NCBI GenBank assembly: GCA_964187785.1
Contig: OZ076413.1
Span: 46,626,001 to 46,690,000, forward strand
Reading direction: 5' to 3'
Source: Amphiscolops sp. MND2022
Lineage: Eukaryota
Length of the DNA stretch: 64,000 bases
The translations under genes were made by a program, and so were the position numbers. The notes under the pieces were generated by a model that made no database searches, was not told where the DNA came from, and saw only the letters and a program-made list of their open reading frames with translations. Position 1 is the first letter of the stretch. Every line of letters begins with the position of its first letter. Positions 39,221 through 51,479 of this stretch are shown piece by piece.

Positions 39221-42200
39221 CGTTGTATTTGTAGGTAACAAAAGAATAGGGAATGCAATACTGTATTGTAGTAAGTGGCAGGTATGTTACGTAATATGCT
39301 ATGAAAAGGTCATAAGATTATGCAACATTACAATACTCTTTGACCTTCAACTACATCCATGCCACATTACCCCCTGTTAGGGTTTGCTGCTAATCAAGTA
39401 CGATGGGTACAATGCACGATTATACATGTATAAATGTAAACTGTCTCCTGGCTTTACAATTTCTTTCCATCTTGTAGTTAGTCGTAAAGTGTCTTCCGAT
39501 GGATCATCTTTTTCAATACCTTCAATTGTTTTAATGTCCATTTTGGTTTGTACGGCTTGATTGTTCTCTGCAGTTGTTTGACGTACTTCGCTTTGTGTAG
39601 TTTGCAATGACCAGTGTTTGTTTTGTTCGTTTTCGCTGAGTTGCAGTTTGTTCACGCTTCTTGTTTGTGACCGGTTGTTTGTCGACTGCGCTGCTGTTTT
39701 GTCTGTTTGCGTCGCCACTCTCTTCTCATAGCTGATGCTGCCATGCGTGTTAATGAAGTCCAGTAAAGGTATTACGCAATTGAATACGTATTCTTTTTCA
39801 TAGTTTTCGATTAGCTCTGGTTTTGAAATTAGATTTCTACTCAAATAATCCGTTGAATTTAGATGCTTTTTCGGCAAGGTGCTTTATATTTATGTCAAAG
39901 TGTACTAACCGGTTCAACCATCTTGTTAATCTTGCACTGTACGTCTTATTGGATCTATTCATTCTTATTAATGGTTCCAGTGCTTGGTGATCGGTTAGTA
40001 ATTCTATTGGCTTTCCATTAATATATAAACGAAAATGTTCCAGTCCTCACACTACTGCTATTAACTCCAGTTCGTCTATTGCGTACTTCTTTTCGGTTTC
40101 CGATAAAAATCTGCGTGCAAATCCAATCGGTTTTAAAGTTCCGTCTTTTTGTTTTTGGCATAGTGTCGCTCCCAATCCTTTTGCGCTTGCATCTGTTGTT
40201 AGGATAGTTTCGTTGTTCAAAATGTAGTGTGCTAGGTATGGTAGTTGTGTTATTAGCTTCTTCAAGTTGTTGAAGGCATTTGTCTGTTCTTCAGTCCAGA
40301 TCCATTCGTTTTGTTTTTTGAGTAACTTTCTGAGTATATCTGTCTGTGCTGATAAGTTTTTGATATACTTAGATAGGTATTGTATTGCTCCCATGAAATA
40401 TTTTAGCTCTTTCTCATTTTGCGGTATATTTATTTTTGTTATTGCTTCCAATTTGTATTGAAAGGGTCTAATTACGTTTTGATCTAACCGATGTCCAACC
40501 CATTCTGCTTCCTTTTTGAAAAACTCGCATTCCTTCGGGTATGGTCAGTATCCAGCTTATTCTAGTTTTTCCATTATTTTTTTTACTTCCGTTTCGTTTT
40601 TTTTCTATCGTTCCTTTGGTTACAAGTATGAAATCGTCTAGCCAAGCTTGGTGTTTGAGTTCCAATGTTTTGTTTATCCGTTACTGGAAAATTGTTCGGA
40701 TATCCGCCAGTCCGTAAACGCCTTTTAAGAAACGGTAGTATCCAGTGAATTCTCCGCCCGTAACGGTGAATATGCATAGGTTCTGTGTGTCTTCGTTCAA
40801 TTAAATTGGACCATAAGTATAATTGAAGTCTAGTTTTGATATCCATATATCGCATTCTTGTTCTTCGGATATTTTGCGCAAAATTTTTAATATTATTTCT
40901 TCGATGTTTGGCATCTGAGTTTTTCTCTTGATTGTTGCTTCATTCAATTTTCTTAAATCTAATGCGATAGTCACTGACTTGTCTTTCTTCACCGTGATCA
41001 CTGCTGGGCTTATGAAACAATCTTCGGTTATTTCCGTGGCTCTTTCCACATAACCGTCTTTTATTTGTCTCTTTTATTTCTTCTGCTTCTTGGTCTTGTA
41101 AGTAGATTGGTGTGGATCTTCCTTTTTGCTGTATTATCTTTGCGTCTTCAATCAAATTGATTTTCACCGAAAAGTTTTTTATTTCTGTGTTGTTGTAGAT
41201 TTGATCTTTGAACTCGTTCTTCAATTTGAGAATTTTCGTTTCAGTATCATCCATTCTGATATTGTGTAATTTGATATTATCGATCGTTGTATTCCGAACC
41301 ATTTCATCCAGTGTAATCCCATTAACGGTGTAATATTTGCTTTTGTGATTAGCAATGGTAGTTGGAGTGTTGTATTGTTTGTTTTTACCGTTGCTGTTGT
41401 TTGGCCAAAGAAATCGATCTTGTTGTCATTCGCGTCTTTGTAATTAGCTTTTACCTTTTCTACTTCGGTGATTCCGTTGAATAGGCGTTGCGGTATTACT
41501 GTTACCGGAGATCCACTGTCTATTATGAATTTTATTGGTGCGTTGTCGACCAATAGCGTTGCGTGAAAGTAATCTCCTCTCGTTTTGTTATTGTTTATGC
41601 TTTGTATCTTGTTGTAATCCCAGTTATCTTCTTCTGCTAATGGTGATACTTTGTCCAAGTATTGTACACTTTTAGGGAGCCTTAACTTTTTGTCAATAAG
41701 GTCCCTTTTTTCTATAATCGGTTCTACAACATTCTACCGATCTAGCTTGGCAAATGTGTTGTCTGGACCAGTTAGGTGATCCACACTGTCTGCCCCGGTT
41801 ATCTTCGTGTCTTGGTGTCTAGTATTCCGGTCGTTTTGTGTTTGTATCATAGCTGGACTTCTCTGACCATTTTCTTTTTCGTGGCCTTCCTTGTAAGTGC
41901 TTTATGTTTCTCCCGTCATTTGAACTGTTGGAGTCATTTAACCGGTCGTACGTGTATTCGTGTATTGGATCGTTTATCGTTTCAATGGTCAGGTTGCTTT
42001 TCCGTATTTTCTTCTCGAGTTCGTAGTCCACTATTGATCCCCGTATCAAGGATAGGAACTTCGATGCGATGAGTTCAGCTGGTGTACGGATGTCGAATTC
42101 ACAGTTTTTTTCCGTTTGTAATGTACGTGTCTAAACATCTTCTGCTGTCTCATGCGGTTCTCTTGTTAAACCGAAAAAGTCTGCTCGGCTGTGGAATTTG

Positions 42201-42833
42201 TTTCTCTCCGGTATAAAATGAAGACGAACTAGTGAGCATAGTTGGTTGATGTTCATTTTGTTGGGATCGTAGTCCCTCACCGTTTTGGTCATCTCTGTGA
42301 CGGCTTCTTCTCCTAGTGCCCAAATGAAAATGTCTTTCATTTTTATTTCCAATTCGTCTCTGTATTCTTCTTTAATTTCCGTGTCCGTTGTCATTGTGTT
42401 TAAGTCTATTATCTGGGTCATTTTGACAATGGATCTTTGCCATTTTGACATATCTGGATGAATTGTCTCCACCATAGTTTTGCTTCTTGTATGGTCTTCT
42501 TCTCGAACATTGATAGCGTTATTTTTTGGTGTGTTGTTGTTCGTCCCTTCATTTTTCCTGATTCCTCACTTGAGGAAGTTCTGCTGATGGACCCCGTTGA
42601 GTTGTTTTCGTTCATTTGGCTCATTTTGACTGCGCCATGTTGTACTTGTAGGTAACAAAAGAATAGGGTATGCAATACTGTATTGTAGTAAGTTATACGG
42701 TAATAGTGTCTGTGTATACTACTACAACTAGCTTCAAATGTGTGGCAGGTATGTTACGTAATATGCTAAAAAAAGGTCATAAGATTATATAACATTACAA
42801 TACAATTTGGCATTCAACTACGTTCATGCCACA
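39221..42833 (-). mobile_element. Ty3/Gypsy LTR retrotransposon, decayed, integrase missing
   Basis: 5' LTR 42638-42833 and 3' LTR 39221-39366. PBS TGGCGCAGTC (42637-42628), PPT AGGGGGTAA (39375-39367), flanks CCAGT/CCAAT. Contains gag, protease (IIDSGSPVT), RT (ALDLRKLN, WLDDFI) and RNase H (TDASAKGLGA, ELELIAVV, TDHQAL), with many frameshifts. Confidence 0.93.
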
Positions 42834-42869
42834 CCAATTTTTTTGTATTTTCTGCTAATCGATTCGCAT

Positions 42870-43230
42870 TCAGTTGTAACAGGCGAGTTCAGAATTGCGA
42901 TTGACAACAAATCACCAAGTCAAGTGTGTTTGACTGATCTCAGTAAACCTCTCGATTCGATAAACCATAATATCCTACTAAACAAACAGAAGCATACAAT
43001 TTCAGGGGTAAAATAATGGAACTATTGGAAAGTTACCTGCAAAATCGATTGCAAAATAGAAACATAAATAATAAGTCATCAAGCTACTGAATGTAGTATT
43101 CCTCAAGGATCTATTTTAGGACCTTTTCTGTTCCTTTTATACATAAACGACTCAAGCAAAGCTTGCTCTGAAAGCAATGTAACAGGGTTCGCAGATGACA
43201 CTAAAATTATTACAGCCATTGCGTAATGTA
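42870..43230 (+). pseudogene. CR1/L2-type RT fragment
   Basis: QVCLTDLSKPLDSINHNILL, PQGSILGPFLFLLYIND and GFADDTKII; related to the 15.7-18 kb LINE. Confidence 0.8.
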
Positions 43231-43399
43231 ACAACTCAGGGAGTGGTCTTGTCGTTGCGAATGGCGGAGAAGCTTTAAGTTGTAGGGTTCCAATGCCCAG
43301 AACCGACCCATCTACCAAAAGACCTGTTTTGTCTCCACGAATGCCCCATGGCTGGGTCCCGCTTCTCGCCGATGCCTTTCAAGTAACTCTTGAAAACAA

Positions 43400-43850
43400 T
43401 GTGAAATGAATATATTTAATTCATATTTGTTACCCCGTAGGGTTTACAAAACTCAAACTTTCAAGTTTACAGCGGACACGGTCGGTGACCAATTTACAAT
43501 ACATACTGAGGTGCGTTAATCTTACGGTGTTTGTCACGTTCATCAGTTGGTCAAGTTTCGGCAGACTGGGGTTTTGCTGATGCACTTGCTTAGGTATTTT
43601 GCACGTAAATCTTGTAACTCAGCGCAGACCAGTAAAAAGTGGTACTCATCAGCATTCACTTGAGTATTGCATAGTGGACAGTGCGTCTCCTTTACCCCTG
43701 GAAATTTTTCCCTCACCTCTGTTGTAGTCAGAGCAGCACATCGAAATCTACTCAACTCAATTCTGTCTTTTGTCTTCAGGGTAAAAACATATGGCTCGAT
43801 TCGATATTTGTATTTATATTCTGCATACACTCTGCAGAGTGAGTTATGAA
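43400..43850 (-). pseudogene. 3' fragment of a different non-LTR retrotransposon (C-terminal CCHC domain plus 3' UTR)
   Basis: IEPYV...RIELSRFRC...CPLCNTQVNADEYHFLLVC...LRAKYL, the typical LINE ORF2 C-terminal zinc-knuckle motif. Confidence 0.8.
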
Positions 43851-44279
43851 ATGAAGAGTCAACTCAAAATCGAACATTCAACATCCAAAGTGGCTACAAT
43901 AAAACCAGTCTGTAGCCCACGAGCTGAATGAACTTCTGCATAGTCAAATCATGATAATAAAAGCACAGTATGACTGAAATCGTAGCTCGCGAATTGAAAC
44001 TCCAGGCACCGAAATTGAAAAAAAAACGATTGACAGATTTTGTAACATTTACTACATATAGTAGTCTCTAGCTACCGCATAAGCACAAAATAAGAACAAC
44101 ACCTGCCAAAATGAGTCTATTTTAAGTACTTTGCTTAATTTTTGTGTTTTTCGGTTTCGTACTTTCTTGTCTGCTCATCATCCTTCTTCAATAATGATGG
44201 TGACTGCAAATGAGCCACCAATCATGCTCGACGGTCACGTCTATGGTCAATTTCGAATTTTTCATTTTCGCCATCATAC

Positions 44280-44354
44280 CTGCGTTGGTTGTACCTGGGG
44301 GCACCGTTACAAAATCAATCGATGATAGCCCAAGATAACATGATAAAGTTTCAA
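44280..44354 (-). CDS. Candidate preceding exon of the Cys-loop channel gene
   Basis: cttgtcag|TTGAAACT...AACGCAG|gtatga. 75 nt, phase 1 to 1, encoding ETLSCYLGLSSIDFVTVPPGTTNA(G). It joins the 29920 exon in frame and places D-x4-PP where YDxxxRP/PP normally lies. Confidence 0.45.
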
Positions 44355-46002
44355 CTGACAAGCGATCTATTATGTGTATTATGCATTCCACTATGCCATA
44401 TCAGAATATGGTGAATGTATGAAAACATGATGAATAACAGTAAACAGTTCGTTCAATAAATAAAAACATAAACTTCAACGAAAATTGGAATTTGTTAAAT
44501 GCATTGACAGAACCATTTCAAAATCATTAGGAATCATTGGATCTGTTGACCACCCACATTATTGTTTATTTTCACGTGAAATCAACGTTTTCTTCGCAAA
44601 TCTACTCTTCGCTCTTAGCTGTTTGCGTTAACCTAGATCATAACGTAATTCGAATAAAAATGATTCGATAGCACTTAGTTTGGTACGCCATGACATTGTT
44701 TATGGCATGGCGAGCCTTGACACATAGTATGGGGCGTTATTTTTAAGATGATTTTTTGTACGAGACTTCATTGATTCACATTGGAAGATTTGAATCGGAA
44801 TTTTTAGTGTCTGACCCATTCCGCAACGAAAAAGGAATCATAGCACTAAAACCTGAAACTATTACATTCGAGGCAGTTTCTTTTTTAGTCTGGTCTATCA
44901 ATTCCTCCCAGTAAACGTTTAATAAATCCTGTGGGCTATTTATTTGCCTCGTGTGATATTTCCCAATAGTGAGATTTCAAGATGCAATTACTTTCTGATT
45001 TTTTGGATCTGCCGAACCCCTAATTTTTAAAAAAGTTTCAAAGATTGCCTAAATTCAATTTATTTGAAAAGGTCAGTAGCTGGCAAAATTGAAATATTTT
45101 TAGTATATTTTAGAAAACCTTTTTTCATGACATCTAGTTGAACACAAGTAATTTTGCATTGTAAAAATTCGCTGATAAACGCTTAATCACGTGGTGTTTT
45201 TTTTTAAAAAAAATAAAATAAAGTTCAAGTTTTCATCCAGATGAGAAGTTCGGAATTCCAGAGTGTTTTCAGTTTTCAGTGAAAAAGATCAAAAAATGAA
45301 AGTATACACACAAATAATCCATGTTAGTGACAGTTATCTTAAATTTTTTCAACTTTATAGAGCTCATATTATGAAACTCAGTTCTTAATTGCCTATCAAC
45401 GCTCCTCCCTTCGCTCATATTTTTACTAGAACACATTTTTTTGAAAAATAAGCCATTATTCAGATTTTTATATTCAATTTGGACATAACTGTTTGAAGCA
45501 CGCCTAGTTTTCCTTTGATGCAAAAAATTTGGAAAAAGGCGGAACTTTGATGCCAGTTTAGTCACGTGGTTCTACATTAGTGGGGCTTTGAGCTATTGTT
45601 CCCATCTGGACCTTAATGCCACCAAATTTTATTTTGGAGGAGTCAATTTTTCTTCCATTTCCAGCAGATGTTAACCCATTAACTTTTGATTATTTAATTT
45701 AAGTTGAAAATTAGCTTTACCAAGTCACATCAAGATGAAATATTGCAACTTCAAAGAATATTTCTCAGCATTGAGTTTTTCGTTAACCTTAAGGGTTGTT
45801 TCTTGGCGCTTTTGTAGTTTATGAGGTGAACTAAGTAGAATATTGCATAATGAAATTTAAAGAGAAAACTATAAAAACGTTGAGTTTATTTCTGCTAAGA
45901 ATTGGAAAAGATATCGGTCAAATCTTTCCGGTCAATTCCTTGCGGTTAAATCTTTGCACAGTTTTTGCATTTACTATTCCCAATATTAAACACTTTTCTG
46001 AC

Positions 46003-47738
46003 TTTTTAAAATTTCTCGAATTTGCTTGAATAGAAGACAGCTTAGTTTTCAATCAATGTTTCCAGAAAACATATCGGGAGTGGGGTCGCATTGCAATAAC
46101 GCATCATCTTTATATGGAGGTTTTAGTGCACTAATGTAATCCAATTTGCATCGTGGATCATTATTTATTACTCCGCCGAATAATATACTGAAAAATCGCA
46201 CAGTAAAATTCGATAAATTTAGAAGCTATACACTTCCATTCACGTAAGAAAGTGTGAGAGTTAATACTTTAAAAATTTGCCAATTTTTGTCGGGAACTTC
46301 TTGACCTGGACGTATAACAAGGAAATTCGGGCAATTCCAATAAGAAAGAACGCCAAACTGTTGTCTTGAAATGGCAAAACATTATGCAAGCAAAATATCT
46401 CCTCTACTCAATGCGTGTAACTTTGACTTGAAGGGTTCAAAAAGAACTGACAGGAGTTAATTGACTGATTCAAGAAACTTCGAGCAAACGTTTCTAAGAT
46501 ATAGCGGCTTTTTCTAGAATCCTCCAATTTTGTAGAGCAAATTAGTTTCCGCGGAGATTGGATCTATTGAACGCGTTGTTTGATGTGGGTTAGTTTCTTA
46601 GTTTCAATTTCTACCTAAATTTCAGTAAATATTTTCATCAGTTTAGGTCCTTTTTGATGAAGAGCACCAGTTTACTACTAGAAACAAGGTATACCAGAAA
46701 CGAAATCGGTACAATTTATTTAACAATTGACAGAAAAAGAACTTGATGACTCCACAAGGCTGATAAATGTCCAGCAAAAACACAAGGTCCACTAAAAAAG
46801 TGTCCGTGCTTAGACTACCTGTGGGTAGGAATTTTTTAAAATTTCTCGAATTTACTTGAATAGAAGACAGTTTAGTTTTCAATCAATGTTTCCAGAAAAC
46901 ACAACCGGAGTGTGAAAACAACCGGGGTCGCATTGCAATAACGCATCATTCTTATATGGAAGTTTTAGTGCACCAATGTAATCCAATTTGCATCGTGCAT
47001 CATTATTTATTACTCCGCCGAAAAATATACTAAAAAATCACTCAGTAAAATTCGATAAATTTACAAGCTATACACTTCCATTCACGTAAGAAAGTGTGAG
47101 AGTCAATACTTTAAAAATTTGCCAAATTTTGTCGGGAACTTCTGGACCTGGATCTATAACAAAGAAATTCTGGCAATTCCAATGAAAAAAGACGCCAAAC
47201 TGTTGTCTTGAAATGGCAAAACATTATGCAAGCAAAATATCTCCTCTACTCAATGGGCGTAACTTTAACTTGAAGGGTTCAAAAAGAACTGACAGGAGTT
47301 AATTGAATGATTCAAGAAATTTTGAGCAAACGTTTCTAAGATATAGCGGCTTTTTCTAGAATCCTCCAATTTTGTAGAGCAGATTAGTTTCTGCGGAGAT
47401 TGGATCTATTGAACGTGTTGTTTGATGTGGGTTAGTTTCTTAGTTTCAATTTCTACTTAAATTTGAGTAAATATTTTCATCAGTTTAGGTCCTTTTGAAT
47501 AAAAAGCACCATTTTAGGTCCTTTCGGGTAAAAAGCACCATTTTAGGTCCTTTTTGATGAAGAGCACCAGTTTACTACTAGAAACAAGGTATACCAGAAA
47601 CGAAATCGGTAAAATTTATTTAACAATTGACAGAAAAAGAACTTGATGACTCCACAAGGCTGATAAATGTCCAGCAAAAACACAAGGTCCACTAAAAAAG
47701 TGTCCGTGCTTAGACTACCTGTGGGTAGGAATTTTTTT
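46003..47738. repeat. Head-to-tail tandem duplication, ~830-bp unit
   Basis: 46003-46832 is repeated at 46833-47738 with scattered substitutions. The second unit has two extra ~30-bp repeats (47484-47543). Junctions lie in T-runs. Confidence 0.95.
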
Positions 47739-48359
47739 ATGAATTTGGTCTCAGATCGAATTTGGTCCCACGAACCGCGTTTTGAAGTCTCGCCTTTCAA
47801 AGTCACTGGTCATTGAAAATACGTTTTAAAGGCGCCTTGCTCTAACCGTTGCAATCTTGTTCTCTTGACCTCATAATTGCTTGATAGAGCGACGTGCACC
47901 GTGTCAAGTCAATATAATCCGTCATTCTCGAATTATAATGATCTTTTTTTTTAAAAACATTCAACTTTTTAGAGAACTCGTTTTCCATATCAGAAACATT
48001 GAAACTAGAGAAACTTAGAAAATTTGGACTGCGACGACGGAGAAAATGTCATAACAAATGACAAAAGTATTTTCGGTGAGTAAGTTCCGCCTTTTCATCG
48101 TGTACTTACTATTGCAAAGTCTCTCCAGTAACTCAAGTTATTGGGGTTTCTTGAAATGACTATGGAAATTGAAGTATTTTCGTAATACTTTCTGTTTAAA
48201 AAGTCAAATGTTGTTCAACAGCAATCACTAACGAACAATTATTCGCGATCCAGCCAACTAAGTCGAAGCGCAAAACACAAGTTCCCGAGTCGTAGAAACT
48301 CAATCATTAGTTGCTCAAACTCAATCATCAAAAGTTTGCGTGTGGTTTTGCATGTTCTC

Positions 48360-48915
48360 TACACCTGGGAGGATCTTCCGTCATTCTGAGTGCGATTCAT
48401 TGCGAATCCTTTCGAATAACTCAAATGCACAGATTATCACGCAAATGACGCCGATTTACTTGTTTTAACGTACGTTTTCTCATATGTTCAGGGGCGCCAA
48501 TTGAGCTGACCTTGAGGCTCGCCTGTGATTTTGAAGCTTCTCCGTGTCATCTAGCGTTCCTATATACATGGTTTTAGGGTCCTAGGGTTAACAGTTTCCA
48601 AGTTCGAGATCCGCGGATGATTTGCTTCTTTGAGGTGGTTACCACTGGATTGGTTAAAATTACATTTTCATTCATGTTAGCAATAGACAACGTTTGTTAT
48701 TCCGGTTCCTTTGCAATTTTACAAGCCAAAGTCAAATGATTCTCCCCTCGGACCCGCGCGTCTTGTTCCGCGTGCCTTAAATAAACAATACTTCTCACGC
48801 AAGGGACCGGGTAAAGTACCTTACCACTAAGGTGCATTTCACTAAGGTTTGGTAGGTGAGTATCTTGGACAAATTTCGGGATCATTGGATCAACTGGTGA
48901 CAATTTACATAACAT
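48360..48915. repeat. Unclassified interspersed repeat, family C (copy 1)
   Basis: Collinear similarity to 53085-53635 (TTCCGTCATTCTGAGTGCG..., GACCTTGAGG, GTCCTAGGGT, CCGCGTGCCTTAAA). Confidence 0.75.
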
Positions 48916-49038
48916 TGGAGGGGGAGGAAAATCATAATCTGTGTTGCGTTTTTTCCCAAATTCTGCCAAATCACCTCCCAGTTTCTCCATCGACCTCACT
49001 TATAGTTACTTGACTATTTTAGTTACTTGACTAAATTA

Positions 49039-49111
49039 GGTACTATGGCTCAGTTGATAGAGCATCTGCCTCTCAGGCAGTATTTAGTGGGTTCGATTCT
49101 CGCCTACGCCA
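49039..49111 (+). pseudogene. tRNA-derived sequence (pseudo-tRNA / SINE-like head)
   Basis: 73 nt. D-arm GCTC-AGTTGATA-GAGC with A-box, anticodon arm CTGC-CTCTCAG-GCAG, T-arm GTGGG-TTCGATT-CTCGC with B-box. The acceptor stem pairs poorly. Confidence 0.7.
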
Positions 49112-49856
49112 GACATTCTTGAGAAGAAGAAAATTATTCCGGTAATCAGCGGGCGTCTTGTTCGCATAGGTCCAGTGCTTCCCTAGTGCATTGTAGAGGG
49201 CTGAAATATGATCCGCTTTATCAATTCCAAGCAAAAAGCGACTAATTTTGATCTCCGGTTCAAATTGTGACTGATCGTATGAAAATCGATGTCTTCTAGA
49301 GATAAATCTTTGAGTTTCTCATTGTCCGTGGCGTTTGGGTACAAAGATTATTTCCGGTCCAAACAACCCAGGTTTATCATTATGGCTCATACTTGGCAGT
49401 TTAACCATGATCATGTCTCCTTCATGGTATTACTTTGGCTCCATGGATAATCATGAACAATTTTACCTTACATTCGTATCTTGGATAAACAGACGTGAAA
49501 ATGTTTCTTGCATTCTCCAGCATGAATAACAATCCATTGCTATTCTGAAAATCCATGATTCCTTATTGAAAATGCATGACAAGAGATTAAATGGAATATT
49601 GAATAGAAATTATAAAAGAAATGTAAAAATAGGAAAAAATCGAATCCTAAAAACTAGGAAGATTTCAAAAAATCTAATACTTGTTTAAGCAATTTAATAA
49701 CGCTAACAGTATAACAAAACAAAATGTACATTTTTATCATATCTTTTTTACGTTTATACCATTTCAAGAAACAATTCTCTCCAGTGTCATTTAAGGCATC
49801 ACGAATACCAAAATAAATGGATTATGATGCTCTTTGAACGACTAATTCAATGCACA

Positions 49857-49948
49857 ATAATTCATAACCAAGATTGAAGTCATGAAATTTCATTTTTTGG
49901 TATAACCAAAAATGACATTTCATGACTTCAATCTTGGTTATGAATTAT
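49857..49948. repeat. Near-perfect 92-bp palindrome
   Basis: Arms 49857-49901 and 49905-49948 differ by one substitution and one T-run indel; 3-nt loop. Confidence 0.95.
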
Positions 49949-50202
49949 ATCCTTGTCATCATTAATACCTTTCATTGACCATGGAATGATTCTCGCAATG
50001 GCTAACCCATGAATCATGGATGAAACATAAGTGGAAACTCATGAACTGTCAAACTGGAAAATATAGATTTTTGGCAGATCGACAAAAGAAGTTGACAATT
50101 ATTCTTTTCTAGTTTTCAAACTTTCAAACTAGATCAGTAACTCCAAATGTCGTTCCATTGCGTGCTTAAAACTTGAGAAAATCTGTTAATATAATCTAAA
50201 TG

Positions 50203-51035
50203 AACAAGCCGGGAACGCCCCAAGTCGGCGCCATATCTAAGGCTCAAAAATAGCAAAGGACTTCAAAGTGTCAAGTATTCTCTTCAACAGTACCCGCATG
50301 AGGAAAAAATTGAAAAAAATCGAAACTTTTTTTCAAATTTTTTTGGTCTCCGGTAAGTCGCTTAGTGCCGAAAAATGTAAAAGGGGACCTCAAAAAAGCC
50401 TAATTAACCTCTATCTCAAGTGCCAGTAGAGGTAGTGTGGAATTTAGTGTTAGTTCAAGTCAGCTTATAAAGCTTATAAAATCTGTCACTTCGTTGGTCT
50501 TAAAAAAACAAGCCGGGAACGGCCCATGTCGGCGCCATATCTAAGGCTCAAAAATATTCAAGGAACAACTTTTGGAAACATTTGGGAAAATTTTTTTCAA
50601 AAAAAGTATTTGGTAAAAAAGTCGCATAATGCCGAAAAACTCAAAAAGAGACCCTTTAGGTTCATTGAACGTTTTTTACAAACCGAAACTTCAAATAACT
50701 CAAGGGGGTACCCTTTGACAAAATGCAAAAATTTTCTGAAAAAAAGTCGCATAGTGCCGAAAAAAACCAAAGGGGGGACCCTTTGGTCTCACCTCTACTT
50801 TTGGAAGCATTAAAAAAGTTTTGGTCTAGTGCGAGACTCGAACCCACGCTCTCCTGCTTCTCTAAGTCTGAAAATTAGTCGGCCAAGAAGATGAACATAT
50901 AAAATCTGTCACTTCGTTGGTCTTAAAAAAAAGAAAAGTCACTACTATAGTCTGCGTTTTTCTTCGAAACGCGCCGACTAAAAAGAAAAGTCACTGCTTT
51001 AGTCTGCGCTTCCTACGAAAAGCGCCGACTAAAAA
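50203..51035 (-). mobile_element. Family A Helentron-like element containing a second, nested family A copy (50507-50984)
   Basis: Two 3' ends (50203, 50507) and two 5' ends (50984, 51035). Removing 50507-50984 restores the outer GGTCTTAAAAA...GAAAAGTCAC sequence. Confidence 0.8.
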
Positions 51036-51479
51036 CTAAAAATAAGACTTGTGTTTTCGATTTGAGCCGACCATTTTCAGGCCCTATGGTGAAATCGGTA
51101 AAATTGTACACTTTCGAAAAACCAAGCAGCTTGAATGAAGGTTTTTTCCAATGATAACAACTTAACAAAATCATTCGATAATCTGATTCAAGAAGTCAGC
51201 CGACAAAAAACATTTTCTTTTTTTCGAAAATATCTATGAACCAATTTTTGGATTCATTCAAACGCTTCTGAATTTCAAATTTTTTGCTTTTTTGTTTGAT
51301 GAAAAAATCAGAACCTCAAAATTATATAATTTTCTTTACATCTTTTCTGGTGTACAGTACTCTTGAGACAAGAAAATACAAAAATACATTTGCCTGAACT
51401 TGAAAAGAGCATTCATTTTGAGATCCTTAAGTATTGTTAGTCATTTCACTCTTCTTGATTTTTTTCTCTTTTTCCGCAT

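Noticed and set aside
49039..49111. Functional tRNA-Glu(CTC) gene
   Set aside because: The acceptor stem does not pair properly and the sequence is fused to repeat termini; treated as tRNA-derived.
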